Program-made: the position numbers and the translations under genes
The notes under the pieces: generated by a model
Told to the model about the DNA's origin: nothing
Seen by the model: only the letters and a program-made list of their open reading frames with translations
Database searches by the model: none
In this document: positions 1-9,788 of the stretch, in pieces
Layout: each line of letters opens with the position of its first letter
Position numbering within the stretch: the stretch's first letter is position 1
Source: Candidatus Staskawiczbacteria bacterium
GTDB lineage: Bacteria > Patescibacteriota > Minisyncoccia > Minisyncoccales > Staskawiczbacteraceae
Assembly (NCBI GenBank): GCA_903831095.1
Contig: CAIKWD010000011.1
Location: 5,706-69,705 of the forward strand
Reading direction: 5' to 3'
Length of the DNA: 64,000 nucleotides

Positions 1-1574
1 ATAGAAATATTAGCAGAACCTGCGCTCATTGCCGAAATAGTTACTGCGCTTGAAGCTATAGATGCGGAGGCAACGCTTACCCCAGTATTATTTCCAACAT
101 AATAACCCCCATTGCCCGAGACATAAACTGTTGTTTGTTGGCCCGTAGTCATTAAAATATTATTCTGGCTGAATGTTGGCGGAGTTGTTGACGAAACTAC
201 ATTATTTACTGTTATTGATAAATTGGTGCATCCAACAGAAGAACAAACATTAGCTGTGGCCGTTCCAGGATTGACGCCATAAATAGTTAAAATGTTCCCA
301 TTTACAACACCATTGAAAATATTTCCTGAACTTGAAGAAGAGACATTGTATGGAGTTGAGCCTCCTGAAATTGTGATATTAGAGCTTTGTCCAGCTAAAA
401 TTGAAATAGAGGTTTGGCTAAGAGATAACAAGTTTCCACTGCTTGTATTGCTTACATTTGCAGTTAAAGATGCACAACTGCCGGCAAATGCGCAAATACT
501 TATTGTTGAAGTGCCAACACTGGCGTTTGCAATTAAAGTTAAAATATTGCTATTTATGTTGGCTTGCACAATGCTTGGATTGGAATTTGAAGCTACATAA
601 AAATTACTGCCCGTTCCGCCATAAATAGTTACTGTAGTGCTTTGACTAAGTTGTACAACTGGATTTGTTTGGCTTAAAGTGACAGCTGTAGAATTTACAG
701 CGCTTGCGTTGACATTTATAATCCCACAGTAATTCATATCAGTTGTGCATATTGTTATTGAAGCCGATCCAGAGCCAGAAGAAACTCCTCCATTAGCTAT
801 AAGAGTCACTGTAGAACCGCTTAAATTGGCCTGTACGGCAGTTGAATTTGAATTGTTTGATATAGTATAAACGCCAGATCCTCCGGTTATTGTAACAGCA
901 ACACTTTGCCCAGAGTAAATTGAAAAATTATTCTGACTGAAAGTAAGCTGTTGAGCCCCAGAATTTTGAACTGTTATAGTTATACTGGCGCAGTTTGTTG
1001 TACTTCCAACAATGCAAACATTGGTTACTGTTGACCCATAAGTATTAGCTGTAACAGTTATTTGATTTGCATTTAAATTTATGTTGGCAATTGCCGGGTT
1101 TGTATTGCTTAAAACATAAAGATAATTTGCACTAGCTGTCACCACAGAAGTTTGACCAGCATTCAACAACAATGCCAAAGTTGAGGTTGACACTCCCCCA
1201 TTTTGACTTAAGGTTAAATTACTTGCCGTAGATGTGCCTGAAATATAAGGCCAATTAGTGCTTGAAGATTGTGACCCATTGATTCCTCCTGTTTTTACAT
1301 AAACAACGGCATTTGAAGAAATATTATAAGTTGCAGAACTTATTACAGTTGAAAATATCCCGCTTGAATTAGTATTTCCTAAAAGTACTGTTTGTGAGCC
1401 GGCAAAAAGCAAAACCCCTGTATTTGGGTCTCCATTAACATTTATTTGTACGCTATCTCCGCTGCCAGTTGATAAAACAGATAACGTTGGAGTCATCGCA
1501 TTAGCTGAAGAAAAAATACAAAATAAAGCTAAAAAAACAACTGGTATAAACAAAAAAAACTTATTTTTTGACAT
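1..1574 (-). CDS. Secreted repeat protein, N-terminal part only (gene runs off window start); signal peptide plus tandem Ig-like/beta-rich repeats
   Basis: Absent from the ORF track because there is no stop inside the window. Hand translation of the minus strand from the ATG at 1574-1572 gives MSKNKFFLFIPVVFLALFCIFSSANA/MTPTLSVL (Sec-type signal, AxA site) and stays open to position 1. At least five ~80-95 aa units follow, each starting L(T/S)(L/F)SQ and ending with a Cys pair (e.g. ICTTDMNYCGIINV, ICAFAGSCASLTANV, VCSSVGCTNLSITV). Confidence 0.75.
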   Translation of the reverse strand, partial: MSKNKFFLFIPVVFLALFCIFSSANAMTPTLSVLSTGSGDSVQINVNGDPNTGVLLFAGSQTVLLGNTNSSGIFSTVISSATYNISSNAVVYVKTGGINGSQSSSTNWPYISGTSTASNLTLSQNGGVSTSTLALLLNAGQTSVVTASANYLYVLSNTNPAIANINLNANQITVTANTYGSTVTNVCIVGSTTNCASITITVQNSGAQQLTFSQNNFSIYSGQSVAVTITGGSGVYTISNNSNSTAVQANLSGSTVTLIANGGVSSGSGSASITICTTDMNYCGIINVNASAVNSTAVTLSQTNPVVQLSQSTTVTIYGGTGSNFYVASNSNPSIVQANINSNILTLIANASVGTSTISICAFAGSCASLTANVSNTSSGNLLSLSQTSISILAGQSSNITISGGSTPYNVSSSSSGNIFNGVVNGNILTIYGVNPGTATANVCSSVGCTNLSITVNNVVSSTTPPTFSQNNILMTTGQQTTVYVSGNGGYYVGNNTGVSVASASIASSAVTISAMSAGSANIS

Positions 1575-1595
1575 TTTATTTAAGTTAATTAAAAG

Positions 1596-1847
1596 TTAAA
1601 ATTTTCTTAATTGAATTTCGTTTATTACTCTTTGATATTTTATTTCATCAAACTTCAAAACACCAGTTACTACTTTTGGCTCAGCTGTTTCAACTAATGC
1701 AACATATTTATAAAAAATAAATCCACCATAAATCAATTCCAAAAAAACAAACAGCAATATAAGCGAAAATGCATGTAACCCAAAAAACCAGATAATTTCC
1801 TTACTCTTTATGGCTAAATTTTTAGAGTAATCTTTTGAAGATTTCAT
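1596..1847 (-). CDS. Small single-pass membrane protein in the pilus operon
   Basis: 83-aa ORF. Its ATG overlaps the pilO-like stop (ATGA). One hydrophobic helix (IIWFFGLHAFSLILLFVFLELIYGGFIF). No family recognised. Confidence 0.5.
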   Translation of the reverse strand: MKSSKDYSKNLAIKSKEIIWFFGLHAFSLILLFVFLELIYGGFIFYKYVALVETAEPKVVTGVLKFDEIKYQRVINEIQLRKF

Positions 1848-2395
1848 TTTTTTGTAAAAACTTTTAAATTAAAAACAGCATCAACTTTTCTTAAGGAATA
1901 ATCTTTGGGAGCATTTTTGTCCTGTGAATTTTGAATATTGATATTTTCAATTTCCAGCAAATAAGGACCAGCTTCAATTTTACCCACAAAATTCAAAACA
2001 TCTGAAAAACTTCCTTTTGAAGAAAATTGCAGAACAATGAAATTCTGGCTTAGTTGAGGGTTTCCAGATGCTGGAGGCAAGGAAATCTGCGAAGTGATTT
2101 TATGACTTAAAGCAGTATTTTCTAAAAATTCTATAAAATCAACAGGATTGCTGGGATCTACAAATAACTTGTCTATTGATGCAAAATTTGGCTTATAACT
2201 TTTGTAATTCTGCTGAAATTTATCCACCTCATTCATTTGCGCGTCTAAAGTCACTATGTTATTTTTTGCTGTTATAAGATCATTAGAATTTTTACTTATA
2301 TTACTAATCAAAGGCCAAATAAAAAACAAAACCAAAATCAGCGATACTGCTGAAAATATTGAAGAAATTGTGTATATTTTATTCTTATTGTTCAT
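1844..2395 (-). CDS. pilO: PilO-like pilus assembly protein
   Basis: N-terminal TM helix, then a coiled-coil-like segment and an alpha/beta domain. It sits directly after pilM-pilN. The track start at 2410 is TTG; the first ATG is at 2395 (MNNKNK...). Assignment rests mainly on position and topology. Confidence 0.55.
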   Translation of the reverse strand: MNNKNKIYTISSIFSAVSLILVLFFIWPLISNISKNSNDLITAKNNIVTLDAQMNEVDKFQQNYKSYKPNFASIDKLFVDPSNPVDFIEFLENTALSHKITSQISLPPASGNPQLSQNFIVLQFSSKGSFSDVLNFVGKIEAGPYLLEIENINIQNSQDKNAPKDYSLRKVDAVFNLKVFTKK

Positions 2396-2939
2396 TTTGA
2401 GCAATTTCAAATGTTAACGAAAAATTAACGTTTTTGGGACTCACCCAACTGTCTGAAGAAAAACTTGGATTCAATATTTTCTTGTTTTTTTCTATGTTGT
2501 CCTTAAATATAAGCAAATTATCCCTTGTATCGCTAACACCAGAAACATTTGCCTGAATGTTTCCATTGTCTTTTCTTTCTAAAGAAAAATTAACCAAATT
2601 CAAACCCTTAGGATTTTGTACACCAGTTATTATTTCTAACGCACTATCAAAATATATTTCCTTTTTATAAAAAGAATCAAGCTGTGCTAAAGTAGTGTTG
2701 TATTTTTTAATCAAATTGCTTGAATTTACAAATTCTGATTTATTATTTTCCTGTTCCATTTTAGATAAAATACTTTTTTGGTTGTCAGTCTCTGCCAAAA
2801 TATAAAACTTAATGGAAAATAAAATCAAAGTTAAACAAACCAAAGTAACTAAAATTATAATGCCCAAAACCATGACCAATCTTTCCTTTTTTATTAAAAA
2901 TAATTTTCGCCTTTCCTCCAAAGGCAGAAGGTTTATCAT
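2385..2939 (-). CDS. pilN: PilN-like fimbrial assembly protein
   Basis: The N-terminus MINLLPLEERRK followed by a TM helix is the typical PilN start. It lies immediately downstream of pilM. Confidence 0.7.
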   Translation of the reverse strand: MINLLPLEERRKLFLIKKERLVMVLGIIILVTLVCLTLILFSIKFYILAETDNQKSILSKMEQENNKSEFVNSSNLIKKYNTTLAQLDSFYKKEIYFDSALEIITGVQNPKGLNLVNFSLERKDNGNIQANVSGVSDTRDNLLIFKDNIEKNKKILNPSFSSDSWVSPKNVNFSLTFEIAQNEQ

Positions 2940-2944
2940 ATTTT

Positions 2945-4033
2945 TTATTTGCTATCTGGCTGTCTTAATGCTAATCCTATGGCAGTTGTAAAAGACGCCA
3001 AGTCTTTTTTAATTATGCAATTCTGTTTTTTTTGCGAAAAATTTACCAAAGGGTCTCCTACTTCAACAGGAATATCCAATTTTTTAGACAAAAATTCAAC
3101 CAATCCTTTCAATCCTGCTCCTCCACCACACAATAAAATCTTTTCTGTTTTACCATCTGGCAAAAAATATTCGTATGAAGAATATTCCCGGTAAAAATTT
3201 ATATATTTTTTAATTTGAACTGCTAAATCTTCCAAAATTGGAGTTAAAATTTGAAATACTTTTTCCGATTTTACATTATCTTTTTTACCGCTTAATCCAT
3301 ATTCAATTTTAAACTTGTCAGCCTCACGAAAATCTATTTTTAATGAATCAGCAATTGCTTGTGTCAGCAATTGTGAGGAAATAGGTATTGAACAAGTAAA
3401 ACGAATAGAATGCCCGGAAAAAACAATAAAATCTGTATTATTCTCCCCAAAATCAACTAAAATAAGCAAAGACGAGTTAGTTTCATTTTTAACCAATGCT
3501 CTGGCAATTGCCTCAGATTCTGCTTCTAAAATTATTGGCGTAAGGCCGGCTTTTTTAAAACAAGAAACATAAGAATCAACTATTTTTTTAGGCATGGCAA
3601 CAAGCAATACCTCAGGATGATTGAAATATTCCTTTATTGGCGAAATAACCTGAAAATCCAAGTAAGCTTCGTCAATTGGCATTGGAATGTAATTTTCCGC
3701 TTCAAGAGGAACAGCAAGTTTCATTTCCTCCTCTGTCATTTTTGGCATTTGTATTACTTGAAGAAAAGATTTTTCCTCAGGCAAAGATGCAACTATGTAT
3801 TTGGTCTTAATTTTTTTTCCCTTAACAGTTTCACATGCAGACCTTATAATTTTTGCTAAAGCCTCTTCATTCTTTATTACTCCATCTTCAATTATATCGG
3901 GAGTTATTTTTTGTTCATTAAAAGAAACCAAACTAAAACTTTTGCCCCTTTTCTTGAGTTTTACAATTTTAAGCGACAAATCATTTATATCCAATCCGAA
4001 GGCTTCATCTTCTAATGATAAAATTTTGAACAT
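2945..4033 (-). CDS. pilM: Type IV pilus assembly protein PilM (actin-like ATPase fold)
   Basis: 362 aa. Starts with GLDINDLSLKIVKL and has a later LLCGGGAGLKGL segment. Size and the pilM-N-O order match. Confidence 0.85.
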   Translation of the reverse strand: MFKILSLEDEAFGLDINDLSLKIVKLKKRGKSFSLVSFNEQKITPDIIEDGVIKNEEALAKIIRSACETVKGKKIKTKYIVASLPEEKSFLQVIQMPKMTEEEMKLAVPLEAENYIPMPIDEAYLDFQVISPIKEYFNHPEVLLVAMPKKIVDSYVSCFKKAGLTPIILEAESEAIARALVKNETNSSLLILVDFGENNTDFIVFSGHSIRFTCSIPISSQLLTQAIADSLKIDFREADKFKIEYGLSGKKDNVKSEKVFQILTPILEDLAVQIKKYINFYREYSSYEYFLPDGKTEKILLCGGGAGLKGLVEFLSKKLDIPVEVGDPLVNFSQKKQNCIIKKDLASFTTAIGLALRQPDSK

Positions 4034-4061
4034 TTTTTATTCTTTCATATATTATACCATA

Positions 4062-4451
4062 TTATTGCTTTTCCAGAAGCTTGCGCTTTTTAGTAGCCAA
4101 AGAAAATAAATATGCAAAAAATACAAAAATTAAAATAAAAATTATAATCCACCAAAAGACATTTGTATTGAATATCTTTTTTGTAATTGACTTGTCTCCT
4201 TGAAAACCGCCGGCATTATTTTTCCCTGAAATATTCCCCAAAGGCTGATTATTAAAGCTGCCTAAGTTTTCATTGGAAATACTAGGGTTAGTATGCCAGT
4301 TTACATTCCCAGAAATATTTGGAACAACTCCCTCTGGTATTGGTTGCATTTTAACTTGGTTTGGAAAAACAGCTTTTTCTAATGCTAAAGTATTTCCAGC
4401 GCAAAAAAATGCAGAAACAACAAGAAATAAAATTATTTTTTTGAAATTCAT
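4062..4451 (-). CDS. Hypothetical exported protein with signal peptide and C-terminal TM anchor
   Basis: 129 aa. N-terminal MNFKKIILFLVVSAFFCAGNTLA, C-terminal WWIIIFILIFVFFAYLF followed by basic residues. Embedded in the pilus operon. Confidence 0.5.
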   Translation of the reverse strand: MNFKKIILFLVVSAFFCAGNTLALEKAVFPNQVKMQPIPEGVVPNISGNVNWHTNPSISNENLGSFNNQPLGNISGKNNAGGFQGDKSITKKIFNTNVFWWIIIFILIFVFFAYLFSLATKKRKLLEKQ

Positions 4452-4458
4452 ATTTAAA

Positions 4459-5847
4459 TTAATCGCTTGTCCAACTTAATATTTGATACCCCGAACTAGA
4501 CAATGGAAAACTTGGCGGAGGCCCATACAAAAGATTGCTGTCATAAGTGTCATAAGTGTTTCTATACCCAGATGTAGTGCCTCCAGAACCGTTTACCCAA
4601 GTCCAAGTCCATTGGCTAAATGTCATTATTGCTCCGTAAATAGAGATACTGTTCTTTATATTTCCAGTATAGTAAAAAAACTGTGCGCCCCCGTTTTGTG
4701 AAATCATAGCTGCATCAATTTCTATATCTGTTGGCGCGTGGTAAGTAACAACTATGTCTTTTTGAGCAATCAGCCCCAAAACATTTGTTCCATCTTTGGC
4801 TACATAAGTTATATTGTTTGGAACATATATTGTGGGAGCAGTTGAAGAATTATATGGAAGCAAAGAAGCAACTACAGTTACCCTGCCTTTTACTGTGCCT
4901 TCAACCCAGGTTTTATCTTCAACATAAATTATGCCGTTGGCTGGAATAGCATTAGTAAACTGCAAAGTCCTGTTGTTATAGTCAATATACTCGTTATGAG
5001 TGTTTCCAGCTGTATCCTGACCACTTGGATTAGATAAAAGGCTTGTTACTTTATAAACACTTACAGTGCCACTACTATTGAAAACCAGTGAATAACCTTG
5101 AGCGTTGGAAGGAGGTAAATAAATTCCCGCGCTTTGCGCGCTACTTTTCATGGTAGCTAAGTCCGAAGTTACTGAAGAAAAATCAACTGCAGGCACTGGA
5201 AACTGCCAAAAATTCTTAACATTTTGAGAGGCCGAACCCCAAACTCCATTTTCAAGCGCCGGACAAGGCGAACCTTGGTTTGAAGAACAAGTATATGTTG
5301 ATTTGGCAGATTGTATGGGTGCGTTACCTACTCCATCAAACCTAATTCCATTATTAGACTGCATTTGTCCGCTTACTGATTCATTGTTTCCAATCCAAAT
5401 AATATCGTTACTTAAAAATGCGTACTTTGCCAAAGAAGCAATTCCAAATCTTGCAGTTATTGTCCTAGTAACCCCAGGGTTTTCATTTGTCCAACCAGTT
5501 GACTTAATTGTCATAATTGTAGACCCTGTAGCTGGAGGCGTTATTATAAGGCTGAATTTTCCTATACTTTGCTGGGTGTCAGTATCCATATAATTATGGA
5601 CATATGGACCCGAAGCATTGGTGCCATCTTTGTAATCATTTGGAAAATGAGCCAAGTGCCACTGATAATAATTTACTCCCGCGTCAGCAATCTGCATCGC
5701 TTCTTCTCTTTGAATAGAAAGGCGCAACAATTTTATTTTCCCGGTAAAAATTGCAACAACTGGAAACATAACCATGGTAAAAATGGCTATGGCAATTATC
5801 AAATAAAGTAGAAGAGTTCCTTTTTGATTGTTTAATTTCGTAATCAT
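4459..5847 (-). CDS. PilX-N-like pilus-associated protein (large, putative minor pilin/tip factor)
   Basis: 462 aa. The N-terminus NQKGTLLLYLIIAIAIFTMV resembles a PilX-type hydrophobic segment but lacks Glu at +5. The rest is Ser/Thr/Gly/Asn-rich and beta-type. Tightly packed after two prepilin genes. Confidence 0.55.
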   Translation of the reverse strand: MITKLNNQKGTLLLYLIIAIAIFTMVMFPVVAIFTGKIKLLRLSIQREEAMQIADAGVNYYQWHLAHFPNDYKDGTNASGPYVHNYMDTDTQQSIGKFSLIITPPATGSTIMTIKSTGWTNENPGVTRTITARFGIASLAKYAFLSNDIIWIGNNESVSGQMQSNNGIRFDGVGNAPIQSAKSTYTCSSNQGSPCPALENGVWGSASQNVKNFWQFPVPAVDFSSVTSDLATMKSSAQSAGIYLPPSNAQGYSLVFNSSGTVSVYKVTSLLSNPSGQDTAGNTHNEYIDYNNRTLQFTNAIPANGIIYVEDKTWVEGTVKGRVTVVASLLPYNSSTAPTIYVPNNITYVAKDGTNVLGLIAQKDIVVTYHAPTDIEIDAAMISQNGGAQFFYYTGNIKNSISIYGAIMTFSQWTWTWVNGSGGTTSGYRNTYDTYDSNLLYGPPPSFPLSSSGYQILSWTSD

Positions 5848-5848
5848 A

Positions 5849-6478
5849 TTAATTTCCCAAGTTATCTTTTACAGACCTTATTGCCGAACCCGCAGAAATT
5901 GAAAACTTACTTGTGTCGTTCTGCTTTATATTGTTTAAAACCATCAAACTCATTTTAACAAATCTTACCTGATTAATATTAACTGGCTGGGCAAGAGCAC
6001 TGGTATTTCCATTGTAATTACCGTCATAATAATAAAACAGTGGACTGCCAGAATTTGATATTCCCGTAGCAACTACTTTTACTGATTCATTCAAAAGGTT
6101 GTAAGACAGCGGACTACCAGAAGGTAAAACAACTCCCTTGTACAAAATGTTTCCGTCTATATAATACCTGATTCTTGCAACTGCAGAATTGGAAACTTTA
6201 TAATTGGAAAAGAAAACTATCTGTGAATCTCCTGTTTGATTTAATGGATAAGATCCGTCAACTCCCGTAACTGAATTCCTAATTTCATTTGTGAAAGTTG
6301 AAAGCGCGGATCTCGCCTGGTCTATATTACTCATGGAAATTACTTCTTGATTGGAATTTATAAAAATATCGCTGAGCATTTTTGAAACTCCAAAAATTAG
6401 CATAACAAAAATTGCCAAAGCTATCATAACCTCTATTAAAGTAAAACCTTTTTGTTTTGCAAATTTATTTATTTCCAT
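5849..6478 (-). CDS. Type IV prepilin-like protein (N-terminal cleavage/methylation motif)
   Basis: MEINKFAKQKG/FTLIEVMIALAIFVMLIF is the canonical G/FTLIE prepilin motif. 209 aa. Confidence 0.85.
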   Translation of the reverse strand: MEINKFAKQKGFTLIEVMIALAIFVMLIFGVSKMLSDIFINSNQEVISMSNIDQARSALSTFTNEIRNSVTGVDGSYPLNQTGDSQIVFFSNYKVSNSAVARIRYYIDGNILYKGVVLPSGSPLSYNLLNESVKVVATGISNSGSPLFYYYDGNYNGNTSALAQPVNINQVRFVKMSLMVLNNIKQNDTSKFSISAGSAIRSVKDNLGN

Positions 6479-6479
6479 T

Positions 6480-9400
6480 TTAATGGCTTAATAAAATTTC
6501 CATCAAACCGTAACCTTGTACAGTAACAGGTCCAATAACTTTTGTTTGATAACCATTCATTGTAACTGTTATTTGGTAGTCGCGACTATTTTGCAATCCT
6601 GGAAACATAACTTGACCTGGAGCAAAACACCCTGAAACATAATTTATATTGGCGCTAGTTAAAACAGGAGTTTTGGATGCATTTGTTGTCGATAGGAAAA
6701 CTTTGTATCTTACATATCTTTTATTGTCTTGATTACTGATTGTAGTGCCGGGAACTGTATAAAAAGTCGAGCTTGTGCCATCTGGACCAAAATAATCCCA
6801 AGTTTTTTTGTCGTTGTTGGCGGCAATTTGAAACTTCACGCTGGCAGAAGGATCTTGCGAAGTTGGCTGCCAATTCAAAGTTGTATAAGCTGTCAGCCCG
6901 GTACCGGTATCATAAGTTGAAGATTCCAAAGAACCGTAAGAAACATAGGAATTACCATTTTTAGCAAGACGCAATCCAGTTGGAATTATATTGGTAGTTA
7001 TGTTCCCATCATCTTGGTAATACTTTGACTCATCGGAAAAATCTTCCTGCCCCGACCCACCTGTCCAGCTTTGCTGGCTCCATATGCTTCCACTAGTAAA
7101 CCCAGTGTCAACATATCCCCCGCTTATTACTATTGCTTCGAAAGTTGCTGAAACTACGTGGTCAGATGTTACATTATTAATTGTATAAGTCCCAGATGAA
7201 CCCACAGAACTACCGTCTACTTTTACGTCAGAAATATGATATCTATAATTAGGTGTAAAAATAAATGTTTGGCTGTCTCCGCTGTTCACTGCAACCAACC
7301 CTGAAGGAGTTATTGTTCCGTTTGCAGTTGCCGAAGTTGTAATTGTATAAGTGGTTATTTTATTTTCCTGAGAAGCAATAGTTAAATTATTTCCCGAGTC
7401 AGCAATATTATGATATTCAAATTTTATCCAGTCAGATGAGCGAACTGCATTAGAAACTCTAACCTCGTCAATTGGACCTTTGAAATAATGCCCATCTCCA
7501 GTTGTATCCAAACCAATATTTGTGCTATTTGAAGTTGTAATTGAGTCTACAGTTCCTTTGGTAACTGCTGTGGCGGAGTTTTCCAAACCATCAACATATA
7601 TTTTAGGTACAGAACCGTTCCACACTCCCACAACATAATGCCAGCCTGAGCTAAGTGTTGAAGAATCAATTCCATTATATCTATTACTACTTCGGGATAA
7701 TAAAAATCTTGCCTTATTAGAAGAACTTATTGCTAGCATATATCCGTAATCACTCCAGGTGTTTCCATAAATTACATCGCTGGTGGAATCCAGTGCCGGA
7801 TTAACCCACCCGGCAATTGTAAAATTACTAGACAAGGTGAAATTCCCCACATTGCTGCTGAAATTAACGTAGTCGCTGGTGCCGTTGAAAGTCAAAGCCT
7901 TGTCTATTTTTCCGGTTGTTGTTTTGGTATTAGTATTAACTTTTGCTGTACCATTATTTGTACTAATTGAATCGACAACTGTTTTAGTATTAGTGTTGTC
8001 CTCTAAATGCCAAACTCCTGAAAAATTTGAACCCCAAACCAATTGCGCATTTGTTGGGCTTCCAGTTGCAGTCCAATCTGTATTTGCTGAAGAATTGCCA
8101 TAATACATGTAAACAGTTGTTGCTAAAGAATGGCTAACTGTAGGAACTTTTACCCAAAAACTTGCTGTGACCGCGCTTCCACCTCCGCCAGACCAGCTTT
8201 CCCGTTCATATGGCAAAGTTGTATTTCCAGTTGAATCGGCAAACCTTATATCAAATCCAGAAGCTAAAGCCGAAGACATATTTGAATCTGCTGAAATTTT
8301 TACCAAAACTGGAAAATTAGAAAGGTCAGAACTAACATTTGCATTTGAAATTGTAATTTTTTTTCTGTACTGCCACCCGGAAAGCCAAGTATTATTTGGA
8401 GTAAAGCTGGCATATATGGCATGATCCTGAACGACATTTGTAAAAGTATAAGTTAAAACTGCTCCTACAGAAGCTCCATCAACTGAAACATCTTTTACAA
8501 CATACCCAGAATTTGCCGTAATTGTAAAAGTTTTATTTGATCCACTATTAACTAAATTAGATCCAGAAGGAGAAATAATTCCATTTGACCCGGCCAAGGC
8601 AGTTATTGAATAACTTGAAGGAGCAACTGAAGTTTGCAAGTCAACTTGTGCGCCCTGAATTGGATTTCCAGTTGAAGCATCTTTTACAATTGTCAGCAAG
8701 CTGTTGTCTGTTTTTGGTCCAAGTATTAAATTAAAGCTTTGATTTGTCCCAGGTAATATACTGGCTTGTTGAATTGGCGACGACCCATAAACCATGTATG
8801 GCCCAATTAAGCCAGGAGTATAACTATCCCATTCAATATCTCTCAAAGCAATGTTTCCAATTGAATCAGAACTATATGTATGATCAAACTTCAAAACACT
8901 GGGCGTGCCAATTATTTTAGACCCTCTTATTTCCATGCCTATTCCAAAAAGAGGCGCACAAGTCTGATTTAAGGTATTAAAAAACAAAGAACTTAATTTA
9001 TCAATAGAAAAACTAATGCGTGTTACCTGGCCGTTTAAAATTGTTGCGCTTGGCTTGGTTGGATTTGGATTTTCCAATGAAGTTGGAAAAGTTTGGTCTG
9101 TAGAATATCCTGATTTGGTTGCAACAACGCTGTAGCTGTTGGCGCTGTTTGGCAAGCCAACTTCAATCCAATTTCCACTGGCGTCTGCAGTCCTGTACAA
9201 GTTTATAGTAGGAGTGACGATGTTGTTTACAATATGTATTGATGCGCCTGGCACTGGCTGGCCTACTGCGTCAAAAACCTGCAAATAAAGCGCTCCCCCA
9301 TTTACCATACCTTCCAAACCTTTTGGTGAAGCTGATGTCAAAAAACTGCTTGTCAACCCAGTTTTGCTGTTTTTAATATAAAGTTTTATTTGCTTATAAT

Positions 9401-9788
9401 CGTTTGGTGCAGGATCTGTCCCAGCTAAAATTGTTCCGTCAGCTGGATCGTCCACATAACTGATTGCATAATAAACATTGTAAACAATTCCATTTACAAT
9501 CACATTGGTAGCATTAGGTAAATCGGGCAAGGAACCATTTGGATTTCCCTGTATTGTTCCAACTTTGGAATAAGGCAAATTTCTCACCACTTCCAAATAC
9601 TGGTCAGCAATGGAAGAAATTGTAGTTTTTTCCCTGTAAAAAACAATTCCATTAATAACCGCCAAAAAAAGTCCATATATACTCACACTGATAACGGCAA
9701 AAATTGCAACACAAACTATCACTTCAATAAGCGTCATTCCTTTTTGAGAACTGTTCAAATTATTTTTTCCCTTGTGCTTTTGTGCCAT
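6480..9788 (-). CDS. Giant modular type IV prepilin (1102 aa) with lectin-like modules
   Basis: N-terminus SSQKG/MTLIEVIVCVAIFAVISV (G-1, E+5). Two InlB-B-repeat-like units follow (YSITALAGSNGIISPSG...YASF; YTITTSATANGTITPSG...SATF). There is a DUF2341-like stretch (WQYRKKITISNANV..FPVLVKI..DIRFAD) and a LamG/ConA-like stretch (VWHLEDN..ALTFNGTSDYVNF..GWVNP..WHYVVGVWNG..IYVDG..IDEVRVSN). The ATG overlaps the pilC stop (TAATG). Confidence 0.85.
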   Translation of the reverse strand: MAQKHKGKNNLNSSQKGMTLIEVIVCVAIFAVISVSIYGLFLAVINGIVFYREKTTISSIADQYLEVVRNLPYSKVGTIQGNPNGSLPDLPNATNVIVNGIVYNVYYAISYVDDPADGTILAGTDPAPNDYKQIKLYIKNSKTGLTSSFLTSASPKGLEGMVNGGALYLQVFDAVGQPVPGASIHIVNNIVTPTINLYRTADASGNWIEVGLPNSANSYSVVATKSGYSTDQTFPTSLENPNPTKPSATILNGQVTRISFSIDKLSSLFFNTLNQTCAPLFGIGMEIRGSKIIGTPSVLKFDHTYSSDSIGNIALRDIEWDSYTPGLIGPYMVYGSSPIQQASILPGTNQSFNLILGPKTDNSLLTIVKDASTGNPIQGAQVDLQTSVAPSSYSITALAGSNGIISPSGSNLVNSGSNKTFTITANSGYVVKDVSVDGASVGAVLTYTFTNVVQDHAIYASFTPNNTWLSGWQYRKKITISNANVSSDLSNFPVLVKISADSNMSSALASGFDIRFADSTGNTTLPYERESWSGGGGSAVTASFWVKVPTVSHSLATTVYMYYGNSSANTDWTATGSPTNAQLVWGSNFSGVWHLEDNTNTKTVVDSISTNNGTAKVNTNTKTTTGKIDKALTFNGTSDYVNFSSNVGNFTLSSNFTIAGWVNPALDSTSDVIYGNTWSDYGYMLAISSSNKARFLLSRSSNRYNGIDSSTLSSGWHYVVGVWNGSVPKIYVDGLENSATAVTKGTVDSITTSNSTNIGLDTTGDGHYFKGPIDEVRVSNAVRSSDWIKFEYHNIADSGNNLTIASQENKITTYTITTSATANGTITPSGLVAVNSGDSQTFIFTPNYRYHISDVKVDGSSVGSSGTYTINNVTSDHVVSATFEAIVISGGYVDTGFTSGSIWSQQSWTGGSGQEDFSDESKYYQDDGNITTNIIPTGLRLAKNGNSYVSYGSLESSTYDTGTGLTAYTTLNWQPTSQDPSASVKFQIAANNDKKTWDYFGPDGTSSTFYTVPGTTISNQDNKRYVRYKVFLSTTNASKTPVLTSANINYVSGCFAPGQVMFPGLQNSRDYQITVTMNGYQTKVIGPVTVQGYGLMEILLSH

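Noticed and set aside
292-628. Plus-strand ORFs 292-600 and 443-628
   Set aside because: They lie antisense to a long, clearly structured minus-strand gene (signal peptide plus repeats) that stays open across the whole region. They are low-complexity shadow ORFs.
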